Of a stretch of DNA of 64,000 nucleotides, positions 1 to 12,169 are shown piece after piece. This DNA is from Synechococcus sp. Its GTDB lineage: Bacteria; Cyanobacteriota; Cyanobacteriia; PCC-6307; Cyanobiaceae. Position numbers and translations under genes: made by a program. How positions within the stretch are numbered: position 1 is the stretch's first letter; each line of letters opens with the position of its first letter. Under the pieces are notes generated by a model, which had not been told where the DNA came from, ran no database searches, and saw nothing but the letters and a program-made list of their open reading frames with translations. The stretch is from the NCBI GenBank assembly GCA_047285305.1, contig JBJBDL010000003.1, positions 832,001 to 896,000 of the forward strand, in the 5' to 3' direction.

Positions 1-468
1 CACGTAGTCGAAGTAGGTGCCGGCTTCCTCTGCGTCGGCTCCGGTGAGGAGGCCCATGGCGACGATCTTCATCTCGCGCACGGATTCAGCCAATGCTTCC
101 AGGGGTGTTCCAAGGGAGCGGTAGAGCTCTTTCGCGCCAATCACACCAATCTCTTCGATCGGAGTGACGTCACCGGCAACGATGCCGTAGGTGACGAGGC
201 GGAGGTAGTAATCCATGTCGCGCAGACATGTGGCAGTCATCTCTTCGCCGTAGGCATTGCCGCCGGGGGAGATGACGTCGGGACGCTTCTGGAACAGCTG
301 ACCACCAGCCTGCTTGACGATGCGCTCGCGGCTCTCGCACAGGACCTGGGCCACGCGCAGACGGCGTTGCCCGCCGGTGACGAAGGCTTTGATCTGGTCG
401 AGTTCGCCAGGGCTGAGGTAGCGGGCTTCGGCGTCCGCGTTGATGATCGAGTTGGAGACGATGCTCAT
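1..468 (-). CDS. apcA: allophycocyanin alpha subunit (3' end runs off the window)
   Basis: Manual translation from ATG 468: [29 protein letters not shown]...[40 protein letters not shown]. The chromophore Cys lies in TCLRD. Not in the ORF track. Confidence 0.97.
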   Translation of the reverse strand, partial: MSIVSNSIINADAEARYLSPGELDQIKAFVTGGQRRLRVAQVLCESRERIVKQAGGQLFQKRPDVISPGGNAYGEEMTATCLRDMDYYLRLVTYGIVAGDVTPIEEIGVIGAKELYRSLGTPLEALAESVREMKIVAMGLLTGADAEEAGTYFDYV

Positions 469-778
469 GCAGTTCTGCCTCGAAACAAGCGGCCGCCCGT
501 AGGAGACCGGTATCCGGTGAATAAGGGGTGATCCCGAGGGATCGCGTCCCAGACTAAAGGCTGGGACAGGGGGTCGAAGCGTTGGGAGTGAGACTTGTTC
601 ACATCGGTCAACACTGGCCGGGGTGAGCTCGCTCCCTTGGATTCGGCTGATGCATTCTGCGCTGGCGATGGCCAGGGAAATTTGGCCAGGTAACAGTTCT
701 TCACGGCGCGTCTGTTCTGCGGAGAAGCCTTGGCATTACTGCGATCTGCGAGATCGCCCCTGATGTGGTCTCGACGCA

Positions 779-816
779 CAAAAATGATCCCGATGAAGCC
801 ATAGTTCACCGGGATC
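779..816 (-). terminator. probable intrinsic terminator or processing hairpin downstream of apcE
   Basis: Minus strand reads GATCCCGGTGAA-CTATGGC-TTCATCGGGATC followed by ATTTTTGT, about 60 nt after the apcE stop. Confidence 0.6.
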
Positions 817-877
817 GGATCACAAAAATTGCCGTGATTTGTGGAGACTGTTTGTCAGCGAAATGGAGACCTGAAGA

Positions 878-3829
878 TCAGATCGCCTCGCCCGTGGGGG
901 GATTCAGGCCGGCATTGCCGCGGTAGAGCGAGGCCGTTCGCTGGATGGTGGCTTGGTTGACCCCTGATGCGGTCGCCATGCCGTCGATGCGGGGCACCGT
1001 CGTGCTGATCCGTTCCGCCAACAGTTCAGTCACGGCAGCGCCATGACCCGCTTGAGCGCGGGTGATCAGGAAGCGGCTGGTTTCCGCTGGGGTTGTGGCC
1101 CTTCCCAGCAGAGCCAAACCTGCCGCGGACGCGGCCCGAAGGGGTGCCATCGTGGCGATTCGGTTCTGGAACGCTTCGCTCATTGCTACTTCAGCAATGA
1201 ACTCGTTCAGGTCAATGTCCTGATTGCGAAGCCGTGATTCCGCGCTGATCAGACGCTCATTCCCTGTGGGTACACGGTTAAGCAGCTGCTTGTAAGTTGC
1301 ATTCACAGCAGTCTGGAGCTCATCTTCACTGCACGGCTGTTTCAGTTCCAGCGTCGCGGTAAGTCCACCCCGGAAGCGGAATCCCTCAGCGCCTTCTGTG
1401 GCAAGAGCCGTCCCCATGCGTGGGAGTGCTTGCCCGCTCCGCGCATTGGAAGAAATCAGCTCAACGCTCCATGACCGGCCACCAATGCTTGTTGGCGTTG
1501 AGTTGCTGGCTCGCCGCATTGGGAAGCCAGTCCTGTTGGACGCAAGACGTTGCTGACGCACTACCGACAGCCAACTTGGCGCAGCGGCGTTTCCGCTTGT
1601 CGTTGTCGTGAAATCTTGGGTGGCTGTCTTTTGGGTGTCAGGCAGGTTTCGTGGCGTTACATCGCCACTACTGCGGAATGCTTCGGACAGCTGTGCTTCG
1701 GGACGGCTACTGAGGGTGAGGTCAGCGGCAGCCTCAAGATTTAGAGCACGTGACCAGCCTGGAGTGCGGCGTGCAGTCACATCACCGGGTGTGATGAAAC
1801 GTTCGTAGGGGACTGTGTCGGCCCCAAAAGCTTCGCTGTAGTCCTTGCTGTCGATCAGAGAGTCGACCACCCCATAGAAGCCGTGGCGGGCAGCGGTGTC
1901 GAACAGGGCATCGATTTCCCAGCGGCCGAAGGTGGGGCGTCCCAGCAGACGGCGGTGCATGACTTCGATCGCTTTAACGATGTAAAGACCGCTCCAGTAG
2001 CGACGACGGAAAGCATCGGATTTAGCGACTGCCCGAACAAAATCTTTGAGTGAGATGTCTCCGTTTTCGAGGCGAGCTTCATCAGAGCTCATCCGTTCTC
2101 CCGCATAGCCGCCGTTGCCGAGCACTTGCACGTAAACAGCCTTGATTACGGCTTGGGTGCTGGCCTCAGTCGTACGGACGCTGGGCTGACCACCTCGCCC
2201 TGGATTCACAGTGCCACCCGTGGCGATCTGCTGAAGTCGCATGACACGTGGACCACCCTTGCGGGGGCGGCTGTTGCGGAAGCTGGCGCTGTCCAGTTGC
2301 CCGGGGCTATTTAGACCGTTGCTCACCAGCAGCCGGCGGCTGTCGTAGCTGTAGGGCGCCGGCCGGGTGGCCACCGAGGCGGTTCCGCTCGGGAAGATGG
2401 CGCCGTACTTGTTGGCTACCGGATCATTGCCACCGCCGTAGACATGCTGGTCGGCAAAGGGCTGGCGGTAGGAGGCGTAGAGGGTGACGTACTGCGGTGC
2501 GCCATCGAATGGGGCGCTGAAGTTGAATAGCTTGCGGTTGGAGCCCCAGCCGGCACTTTCCTGAGCTTCCGTTCCGAGATCCCGGAGGTAGGGAACGGTT
2601 TCCTCTCCGAAGGCCTGGGCGTATTCCGAGGAATTCACGAGCACATCCACCAGACCGTTGAGGCCTTGGTCGCTGAGGATCGAGAATGACTTGCGGAATT
2701 CCTCGAGGGAGCTGATGCCCCGGCCGAGGAAGTGGCGGTAAGCCAGTTCCACCACGCGGCTGTTGACGAAACCGTCGTGGAACTGCTGGCGATATTCCTT
2801 GCTGCGGCCAAGGGCGCGAACGAATTCGCGCATTGAGATCTGCCCTTGGGAAACGGCGCTGGCTTTGTCTGCACAGGGGGTCTGGGAGTAGCCCTTGGCG
2901 ATGTCGCGCTCAAACACCTGGCGGTAGGCGGCACGGATGATTTCTGCCTTCTCGGCACCCGACAGACCCGGCCGCATTTCAAACAGCTGGCGTCCCTCGG
3001 AGGCCAGGGCGTAGATCGCCGGCAGCTGCAGGCCCTGTTGCACCGCACTCCCCTGGCGTTGCTTGGTGCTGGGAGTGGGGATGGCCAGCTCCTGCAACAG
3101 CACGTTGAAGCAGTCGATGGTCATCTGACGGGCTTCAGGACGATCCCGCAGCAGCTCCGCTGAAGCGGCACGCATTTCCTGAAGGGCCACATTGGTGGCG
3201 GCCAGGGAGCAGTTCTCGAGAAGGATGTCCCGCAGCCCGCGGGTGTTCACCGCAAGGATGCTGGGGTCTCCGGCTACCAGTGCGTAGCCCACGTAGCGCA
3301 GGAACCAACCCATGTCGCGCACCGACTTGCGCATGAAGGCCGGGCCGTATTTGGCCACGCTGATGGCGTTGAAGCCTGTGGGAAGCACCACACGAATATC
3401 AGCATCCCCACCGGCCCCTTCGAGAAGACGGGTCAGGAAGTTGCCCCGCTTGGTGCTGTTGCTGTCGCCGGTGAAGGTGCGCACCGACTGCTCAAACGCT
3501 GCTTGGTCAGCTGCCAACGGAGTGCCTACCTGACCCGTTGAACGTCCGGTTTCACCCGTTGTTAGGGGCGCTTCAAGAAAGGAGAGGGGCGTACCTCCCA
3601 CAAAAATTCTGTTGGCGGCGCGGGCCACGATGGCCTCGGCGTTGGCCGCAATGATCCGGGACGCTTCGATCCGGTCCTGACCGGTTCGGAAGAAGGTCAC
3701 AAGACTGTCCAGTTCCCCGTTGTCAGGGAAACGGTCCTGCTGCTCTGCCTGACGGACGCTGGAGAGCGGCAGCGTGTCAAACAGTTGGGGAGACACGCGC
3801 GGGCTGCCGCTGCTGGCGGTCACTGTCAT
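878..3829 (-). CDS. apcE: phycobilisome core-membrane linker (LCM)
   Basis: Starts MTVTASSGSPRVSPQLFDTLPLSSVRQAEQQDRFP. Contains a phycobiliprotein domain (KSVRDMGWFLRY...ENCS) and linker REP domains (IIRAAYRQVFERDI; VIKAVYVQVLG). Start moved to Met50 of the 1032-aa ORF. Confidence 0.96.
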   Translation of the reverse strand: MTVTASSGSPRVSPQLFDTLPLSSVRQAEQQDRFPDNGELDSLVTFFRTGQDRIEASRIIAANAEAIVARAANRIFVGGTPLSFLEAPLTTGETGRSTGQVGTPLAADQAAFEQSVRTFTGDSNSTKRGNFLTRLLEGAGGDADIRVVLPTGFNAISVAKYGPAFMRKSVRDMGWFLRYVGYALVAGDPSILAVNTRGLRDILLENCSLAATNVALQEMRAASAELLRDRPEARQMTIDCFNVLLQELAIPTPSTKQRQGSAVQQGLQLPAIYALASEGRQLFEMRPGLSGAEKAEIIRAAYRQVFERDIAKGYSQTPCADKASAVSQGQISMREFVRALGRSKEYRQQFHDGFVNSRVVELAYRHFLGRGISSLEEFRKSFSILSDQGLNGLVDVLVNSSEYAQAFGEETVPYLRDLGTEAQESAGWGSNRKLFNFSAPFDGAPQYVTLYASYRQPFADQHVYGGGNDPVANKYGAIFPSGTASVATRPAPYSYDSRRLLVSNGLNSPGQLDSASFRNSRPRKGGPRVMRLQQIATGGTVNPGRGGQPSVRTTEASTQAVIKAVYVQVLGNGGYAGERMSSDEARLENGDISLKDFVRAVAKSDAFRRRYWSGLYIVKAIEVMHRRLLGRPTFGRWEIDALFDTAARHGFYGVVDSLIDSKDYSEAFGADTVPYERFITPGDVTARRTPGWSRALNLEAAADLTLSSRPEAQLSEAFRSSGDVTPRNLPDTQKTATQDFTTTTSGNAAAPSWLSVVRQQRLASNRTGFPMRRASNSTPTSIGGRSWSVELISSNARSGQALPRMGTALATEGAEGFRFRGGLTATLELKQPCSEDELQTAVNATYKQLLNRVPTGNERLISAESRLRNQDIDLNEFIAEVAMSEAFQNRIATMAPLRAASAAGLALLGRATTPAETSRFLITRAQAGHGAAVTELLAERISTTVPRIDGMATASGVNQATIQRTASLYRGNAGLNPPTGEAI

Positions 3830-3974
3830 CGACGAAAGCAAGCCGGATCGCGCCACGTTACGGCTGCTGGGATGGCCCTCCGTGGCCCCATGAACAAATG
3901 TTTGCAGGCCTTGCGGTGCTGCAGGGGATCCACGGGTCTGACGTGAAAAGCTCGCAGGCGTGAAATAGCGCTGC

Positions 3975-5144
3975 ATGACTCACCCCAAGCCCAGTGATGC
4001 TGCGACTCCCGTGGTGAGTGCGTTTTATGACCGCTTCCCCTTCCCGGGAGATCCACTGCAGGACGGACCGCCACCTGGATACAACTGGCGTTGGTGTCAC
4101 CGCAGCGTTCTGGCTGCCGTACACGGATCGATCCCTGCAGGGATGGATGCGCCGCGGATCCTCGATGCCGGCTGTGGCACCGGGGTTAGCACCGATTACC
4201 TCTGCCATCTCAATCCTGGTGCTGACGTGCTCGGGGTGGATATCAGTGATGGGGCGCTGGCTGTGGCGCGGGAACGCTGTCAGCGCTCCGGGGCGGCCGA
4301 GCAAGTGACCTCCCTGCGTCAGGAGCAGCGCAGTCTTCTTGATCTAAGCGACGAAGGGTTTTTCGACTACATCAATTCGGTGGGGGTGTTGCATCACCTG
4401 GATCAGCCGGAAGCGGGGCTGCGCTCCTTGGCCGATCGCCTTGCTGCGTCGGGTCTGCTGCATCTTTTTCTTTACGCCGATGCCGGTCGCTGGGAAATCC
4501 ATCGCACCCAGAAGGCCCTAAGCCTTCTTGATGCCGGCACGGGAGCAGAGGGCCTGCGTCTGGGGCGGGAGCTGTTCGAGACCCTGCCTGAGGGCAACCG
4601 CCTTGCCCGTCATCACCGGGAACGCTGGGCCGTGGACTGCGCACCTGACGCAAATTTCGCGGACATGTACTTGCACCCGCAGGAAACCAGTTACAACCTC
4701 GAGCGTCTCTTCGCGTTCATCGAAACGGCGGGTCTGCATTTCGCCGGCTTCTCCAATCCGGAGGTTTGGGATCCATCCCGCCTTCTGCAGGGAGAACTGC
4801 TGGAGCGAGCCCAGGCCTTGCCACCGCGTCAGCAGTGGGAGCTTGTGGAGCAGCTGGATCCCGACATCAGCCACTTCGAGTTCTTTCTCTCTGCGGCACC
4901 AGTGGAGCGAGCCCGCTGGAGTGATGAGGCCCTTGGCCTGGCCAGGGGTTTGGTTCAGCCCTGCCTCTGGGGAGAACCCGATCCGATTCTTGGTCGCAAC
5001 ATGGAGCCCATTCAGCTCACGGATGCCGACCGCTCCCTGCTGCGGACTGTCGCTGAGCAGCCGGAACAGAGGCTGGGGGCCCTTGCGTCTCCGGATCAGA
5101 TCCGCGATCTTGTGGATCGCCAGCTGCTTCTGTTGCAGGAATAA
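3975..5144 (+). CDS. class I SAM-dependent methyltransferase
   Basis: Motif I ILDAGCGTG, then LGVDIS and FDYINSVGVLHHL. Confidence 0.85.
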   Translation: MTHPKPSDAATPVVSAFYDRFPFPGDPLQDGPPPGYNWRWCHRSVLAAVHGSIPAGMDAPRILDAGCGTGVSTDYLCHLNPGADVLGVDISDGALAVARERCQRSGAAEQVTSLRQEQRSLLDLSDEGFFDYINSVGVLHHLDQPEAGLRSLADRLAASGLLHLFLYADAGRWEIHRTQKALSLLDAGTGAEGLRLGRELFETLPEGNRLARHHRERWAVDCAPDANFADMYLHPQETSYNLERLFAFIETAGLHFAGFSNPEVWDPSRLLQGELLERAQALPPRQQWELVEQLDPDISHFEFFLSAAPVERARWSDEALGLARGLVQPCLWGEPDPILGRNMEPIQLTDADRSLLRTVAEQPEQRLGALASPDQIRDLVDRQLLLLQE

Positions 5145-5190
5145 CAGCAGCGAACGCGTGATAGATTCCGCGCGCCATTTCAGGCAGCGC

Positions 5191-5529
5191 TTGGAAGATT
5201 TTTACCGTCTTCAACGTCGCCTGCTGTTGGCCACCGTTCTGGTGTCACTCGTCACGGTTCCGATCGTGGCTCTCACCATGAATCTCTCGGTGGCCGGCAG
5301 TGTTCTTGTGGGCTCCTGCGCCGGACTTCTGTACGTGCGCTTGTTGGCTCGCAGTGTGGCCCGGCTCAGTGACCAGTCCCGTGGACTGGGGCGTTTTCAG
5401 CTCATCGTTCCAACACTGCTTGTGGTTGGTTCGGCCAAGCTGCCTCAGCTCGATCTGCTGCCGGCCTTCCTGGGATTCCTTCTCTACAAGCCCGCCCTGA
5501 TTCTTCAGCACGTCTTCGACGACCGCTGA
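5191..5529 (+). CDS. atp1: ATP synthase protein I (Atp1/UncI-like)
   Basis: Hydrophobic C-terminal part of the 4528..5529 ORF ending FLGFLLYKPALILQ, directly before subunit a. Start is TTG 5191 (alternative GTG 5158). Confidence 0.85.
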   Translation: MEDFYRLQRRLLLATVLVSLVTVPIVALTMNLSVAGSVLVGSCAGLLYVRLLARSVARLSDQSRGLGRFQLIVPTLLVVGSAKLPQLDLLPAFLGFLLYKPALILQHVFDDR

Positions 5530-5553
5530 GTCTGAGCACTTTTCTCTGCACCC

Positions 5554-6279
5554 ATGGCTTTGTTGCCCTTACCACTCCCGTTCGCTGAACTGGAAGTGGG
5601 TCACCACCTGTACTGGCAGATCGGCGATCTGTATCTGCACGGTCAGGTGTTCCTGAGCTCCTGGATCCTGATCGGCATCCTCCTGGCTGTGGTGCTTGTC
5701 GGCACCCGCGGGATGAAGCGTGATCCGATCGGTCTGCAGAACCTGCTCGAATTCCTCTGGAATTTCATCCGCGACATCGCCCGCGACAACATCGGCGAGA
5801 AGTACTACCGCGACTGGCTGCCGTTCATCGGCACCCTGTTCCTGTTCATCTTCGTGAGCAACTGGGGCGGAGCCCTGATCCCCTGGAAGATCTTCGAACT
5901 CCCTGAGGGTGAGCTCGGCGCTCCCACCGCAGACATAAACACCACCGTGGCGATGGCTCTGTTGGTGTCACTGGCGTACTTCTATGCCGGCCTGAGCCGT
6001 AAAGGTCTGCGCTTCTTCGAGCTGTACGTGGAGCCGACCCCGATCATGCTCCCGTTCAAGATCATCGAGGAATTCACCAAGCCTCTTTCCCTCTCCTTCC
6101 GTCTGTTCGGAAACATCCTTGCCGACGAATTGGCTGTGGGCGTGCTGGTGTACCTGGTTCCGCTGATCGTGCCCCTGCCTGTGATGCTTCTAGGTCTGTT
6201 CACCAGTGCCATTCAGGCTCTGATCTTCGCGACCCTGGCGTCCTTCTACATCGGTGAAGGCCTCCACGAGGCCCACTAA
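5554..6279 (+). CDS. atpB: F0 ATP synthase subunit a
   Basis: APTADINTT and [18 protein letters not shown] motifs. Confidence 0.97.
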   Translation: MALLPLPLPFAELEVGHHLYWQIGDLYLHGQVFLSSWILIGILLAVVLVGTRGMKRDPIGLQNLLEFLWNFIRDIARDNIGEKYYRDWLPFIGTLFLFIFVSNWGGALIPWKIFELPEGELGAPTADINTTVAMALLVSLAYFYAGLSRKGLRFFELYVEPTPIMLPFKIIEEFTKPLSLSFRLFGNILADELAVGVLVYLVPLIVPLPVMLLGLFTSAIQALIFATLASFYIGEGLHEAH

Positions 6280-6320
6280 AAGCCGACCTCCTCTATCGCC
6301 TGAGAACGGCGATCTGCTAA

Positions 6321-6698
<378 letters not shown>

Positions 6699-6705
6699 TC
6701 AGTGC

Positions 6706-6726
6706 AGGGGGATCGCAGATCCCCCT
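6706..6726 (+). other. stem-loop just after the subunit c gene (mRNA stabilising or attenuating)
   Basis: Perfect inverted repeat AGGGGGATC-GCA-GATCCCCCT. Confidence 0.55.
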
Positions 6727-6767
6727 CCTGAGCTTCTTGTTTCGATTCCTTCCCAGCGCACCTTTCC

Positions 6768-7232
6768 ATGACCTGGCTTCTGCTCGCTGAAGCAGGTGTT
6801 CCGGAGGGAGGTCTTTTTGACCTCGATGCCACCCTTCCGCTGATGGCGGTTCAGGTGGTTCTCCTCACCTTCCTGCTCAATGTCCTCTTCTTCCGTCCGG
6901 TCGGCAAGGTCGTGGAAGATCGCGAGGGCTACATCTCCACCAGTCGTGCTGATGCCAAGCAGAAGCTCGCCCAGGTTGAACGCCTGGAGGCTGATCTGGC
7001 TGAACAGCTGAAAGGTGCCCGTCAGGCCGCTCAGGCCGTGATCATCGAGGCGGAACAAGAAGTTGACCGGCTTTACCGCGAAGCACTGGCCCAGGCGGAA
7101 GCTGAAGCCAACCGCACCAAAGAGGAAAGCCGTCGTGCCATCGAGGCCGAGCGTGAGTCTGCCCGAACCCAACTCAAGGGCCAGGTGGATCAGCTGAGCA
7201 CCACGATCATCAACCGTTTGCTGGCCGCGTGA
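6768..7232 (+). CDS. F0 ATP synthase subunit b'
   Basis: [17 protein letters not shown]-terminus, one TM helix and a coiled coil; operon position. Confidence 0.95.
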   Translation: MTWLLLAEAGVPEGGLFDLDATLPLMAVQVVLLTFLLNVLFFRPVGKVVEDREGYISTSRADAKQKLAQVERLEADLAEQLKGARQAAQAVIIEAEQEVDRLYREALAQAEAEANRTKEESRRAIEAERESARTQLKGQVDQLSTTIINRLLAA

Positions 7233-7713
7233 TGTCTCTCAATTTCAATCCGCTCGAAACCAATCTGGTCAACCTGGTCATTGTGATCAGTCTCCTGGTT
7301 TGGTTCCTGCGCGGTTTCCTGGGAGGAATCCTGGAACGCCGCCGCGCCGCCATCCTTCAGGACCTGCAGGACGCAGAGTCCCGCCTGAAGACCGCCACCG
7401 AAAACCTGAGCCAGGCTCAGTCCGAGTTGGCTGCTGCCCAGCAGAAAGCCGAGAAGATTCGTGCTGATGGTCAGGCCCGCGCCGCAGGCATTCGTGCCGA
7501 AGGCGAGAAGCGCACCATCTCTGCGATGGCTGCCGTCAAGGCAGGTGCCGATGCTGATGCAGAGGCCGATGCTGCCCGGATCAAGGACAGTCTCCGTCGT
7601 GAAGCTGCTCTGGCGGCAATCGACAACGTTCTTGCCCAGCTTCCGGGTCGTCTCGACGCCAGTGCTCAGGCCAAGTTGATCGATTCCACCATCAAAAATC
7701 TGGAGAACGCCTG

Positions 7714-7714
<1 letters not shown>
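7232..7714 (+). CDS. atpF: F0 ATP synthase subunit b
   Basis: NPLETNLVNLVIV N-terminus; operon position. Confidence 0.95.
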
Positions 7715-9841
<2,127 letters not shown>

Positions 9842-9854
9842 AGGAGCTGCCGAC

Positions 9855-10805
9855 ATGGCGAATCTCAAGGAAATCCGAGACCGAATTAAGTCGGTCAAAA
9901 ACACCCGCAAGATCACCGAGGCCATGCGCCTGGTGGCTGCGGCCAAGGTGCGCCGCGCCCAGGAGCAAGTGCTCCGCAGCCGTCCCTTCGCGGATCGGCT
10001 GGCCCGGATCCTGGAAAACCTCCAGTCCCGCATGGGTTTCGAAGATGCGGCATCTCCCCTGATGCAGCAGCGCAATGTGGAGACCATCACCCTGGTGGCG
10101 GTCACCGGCGATCGCGGCCTGTGTGGTGGCTACAACGCCAACATCATCAAGCGCACGGAACAGCGTTTTGCTGAGCTGAAGGGAAAGGGCTTCGACGTGA
10201 AGCTGCTGCTGATCGGCACCAAAGCCATCGGCTACTTCACCCGTCGGGACTACCCGATCCAGGCCACCTTCTCCGGTCTGGAACAGGTGCCCACCGCCGA
10301 TGAGGCCAACACGATCTCCACGGATCTGCTGGCTGAGTTCCTGGCCGAAAGCACCGACCGCGTTGAGCTGATCTTCACCAAGTTCATCAACCTGGTGAGC
10401 TGCAAGCCCGTGGTTCAGACCCTCCTGCCCTTGGATCCTCAGGACATCGCTGATCCCGAGGATGAGATCTTCCGTCTCACCACCAAGGACGGCCTTCTGA
10501 CGGTGGAGCCTGGTGCAGGCCCTGCCAACACCGAGCCGAAGATTCCTTCGGACATCGTGTTTGAGCAGACCCCTGAACAGTTGCTGAATGCACTGCTTCC
10601 GCTGTATCTGCAGAACCAGATGCTGCGTTCCCTGCAGGAATCGGCAGCCTCCGAGCTGGCTAGCCGGATGACGGCCATGAACAACGCCAGCGACAACGCC
10701 AAGGAATTGGCCAAGAGCCTCACCCTTGACTACAACAAGGCCCGTCAGGCTGCGATTACCCAGGAGATCCTGGAAGTTGCAGGCGGTGCGGCCGCTGTTG
10801 GCTAA
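9855..10805 (+). CDS. atpG: F1 ATP synthase subunit gamma
   Basis: [45 protein letters not shown]. Confidence 0.98.
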   Translation: MANLKEIRDRIKSVKNTRKITEAMRLVAAAKVRRAQEQVLRSRPFADRLARILENLQSRMGFEDAASPLMQQRNVETITLVAVTGDRGLCGGYNANIIKRTEQRFAELKGKGFDVKLLLIGTKAIGYFTRRDYPIQATFSGLEQVPTADEANTISTDLLAEFLAESTDRVELIFTKFINLVSCKPVVQTLLPLDPQDIADPEDEIFRLTTKDGLLTVEPGAGPANTEPKIPSDIVFEQTPEQLLNALLPLYLQNQMLRSLQESAASELASRMTAMNNASDNAKELAKSLTLDYNKARQAAITQEILEVAGGAAAVG

Positions 10806-10844
10806 CCATTTCGGCTGATCTTTTCGGTCGATCGATTCATAGAC

Positions 10845-10871
10845 AGCCGGTCCTTCGGGGCCGGCTTTTTT
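10845..10871 (+). terminator. intrinsic terminator of the atp operon
   Basis: AGCCGGTCC-TTCG-GGGCCGGCT followed by a T-run. Confidence 0.85.
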
Positions 10872-10908
10872 GTGCTGTGTTTACGGTGAAGCGGAGCGGT
10901 TTGAGGGC

Positions 10909-11625
10909 GTGGGCGTGGGCGTGCTTCAGCTTCATCAGCTCTTCCCCACCGTCGTGGCAACGACGCAACTTCCTCTCGACCCTCTGCAGCAGGCGTCCTG
11001 CATGCAGGCTCTGCTGGAGCTTCGCGGCGAGGCCGAGGGCAACCCCAATGAAGGCTGCGCCTGGACGGGGGACCTGCATGGGGTGTGGCAGCTGCATCAA
11101 CAGCAGCCCTTTCAGGCCTTGGCTCAGTTGGTGGTTCAGCAGGCCTGGAGTTATCTCGATTCGCTTGGGTTTGCGCGAAGCCAAGTGGCCCTGCATCTGC
11201 AGCGTTGCTGGCCGGTGATCAGTGATTGGGATCAAGCGGTTGGCCGCCACCATCACCCCAATGCCCATCTCAGTGCTGTTCTGTACCTCACGGGTAACGG
11301 CTCGGGAGAAGAAGGCATGTTGCGGCTGCATGCGTCCGATCAACCCAATGAGTTGGTGGCGGGTTTGGCGGTGGGTTACGGCGGCCCGATTGCTGAAGGC
11401 CACCCGTTCAATCAGGCCCACTGGGATCTGGCCCCACGCCCCGGTTTGCTGGTGCTGTTTCCGTCGAGCCTGCACCACAGCGTTCTGCCCAACGACGCCC
11501 CAGACGAGCTGCGCTGTTCCATCAGTTTTGATTTCGTGCTGACAGCACCCGTGCAGGGTGGTTCGCCGGAATATCTGGCGCCCCACCCCCGCCATTGGGA
11601 CTCGCTGGACGAGCCCATTGCCTGA
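10909..11625 (+). CDS. putative 2OG-Fe(II) oxygenase (TIGR02466-like)
   Basis: LFPT N-terminus, HHHPNAHLSAVLY, LVLFPSSLHHSV, RCSISF. Start uncertain (GTG 10909, 10915 or 10921). Confidence 0.75.
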   Translation: MGVGVLQLHQLFPTVVATTQLPLDPLQQASCMQALLELRGEAEGNPNEGCAWTGDLHGVWQLHQQQPFQALAQLVVQQAWSYLDSLGFARSQVALHLQRCWPVISDWDQAVGRHHHPNAHLSAVLYLTGNGSGEEGMLRLHASDQPNELVAGLAVGYGGPIAEGHPFNQAHWDLAPRPGLLVLFPSSLHHSVLPNDAPDELRCSISFDFVLTAPVQGGSPEYLAPHPRHWDSLDEPIA

Positions 11626-11657
11626 GAGAATGCGGCGTCTTCCTTGTTGAGCCCGGC

Positions 11658-11987
11658 ATGTCCGACGTGGCCACCTACACCGTCCGCGCAGAGTTCGAAG
11701 GCGAAACCCACAGCTTTCCCTGCCGCGCTGACCAGACGGTGCTGAATGCTGCTGAGGCTGCTGGCATCACCCTCCCCAGCTCCTGCTGCTCCGGGGTATG
11801 CACCACTTGTGCTGCGGTAATCAGCGAGGGCAGTGTTGAGCAGCCCGATGCCATGGGCGTGAAGGGTGAGCTTCAGCAGCAGGGCTACAGCCTGCTCTGT
11901 GTGGCTTTCCCGCGGGCCGATCTCACCCTCAAGGCGGGGCAAGAGGATGCGCTCTACGAAGCCCAGTTCGGTCAATACCAGAAGTGA
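11658..11987 (+). CDS. 2Fe-2S ferredoxin (Fed2/FdC2-like)
   Basis: LPSSCCSGVCTTC...LLCVAFPR; C-terminal YEAQFGQYQK extension. Confidence 0.9.
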   Translation: MSDVATYTVRAEFEGETHSFPCRADQTVLNAAEAAGITLPSSCCSGVCTTCAAVISEGSVEQPDAMGVKGELQQQGYSLLCVAFPRADLTLKAGQEDALYEAQFGQYQK

Positions 11988-12169
11988 GGCTCATCAGCCT
12001 GCAACGGCAGTTTCCTTGGCCTGCTGATGTGCCATTGGTTGAGTTGCGCAGCTGGATCCGTCAGCAGTTGGCTCAGGATGGTGATCTGCTGCGTTGGGCT
12101 CTTACCGCAGTGCACTCCAGTGCCGATGGTGGCCGAATGATCCAGGTGGAGGCGGTGATCAGCGCATGA
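11984..12169 (+). CDS. small hypothetical protein
   Basis: 61-aa ORF with GTGA/ATGA overlaps to both neighbours, implying translational coupling. Confidence 0.65.
   Translation: MRLISLQRQFPWPADVPLVELRSWIRQQLAQDGDLLRWALTAVHSSADGGRMIQVEAVISA

Noticed and set aside
465..809. 114-aa ORF between apcE and apcA
   Set aside because: Covers the apcA promoter/leader and the apcE terminator hairpin; no protein-like features.
3892..3909. Possible RpaB HLR1 site upstream of apcE (TGAACAAA-TG-TTTGCAGG)
   Set aside because: Too many mismatches to the (G/T)TTACA(T/A)(T/A) direct repeat to support without a matrix scan.
3830..3976. 49-aa N-terminal extension of ApcE in the ORF track
   Set aside because: The recognisable ApcE N-terminus begins at Met50; the extension covers the divergent promoter region.
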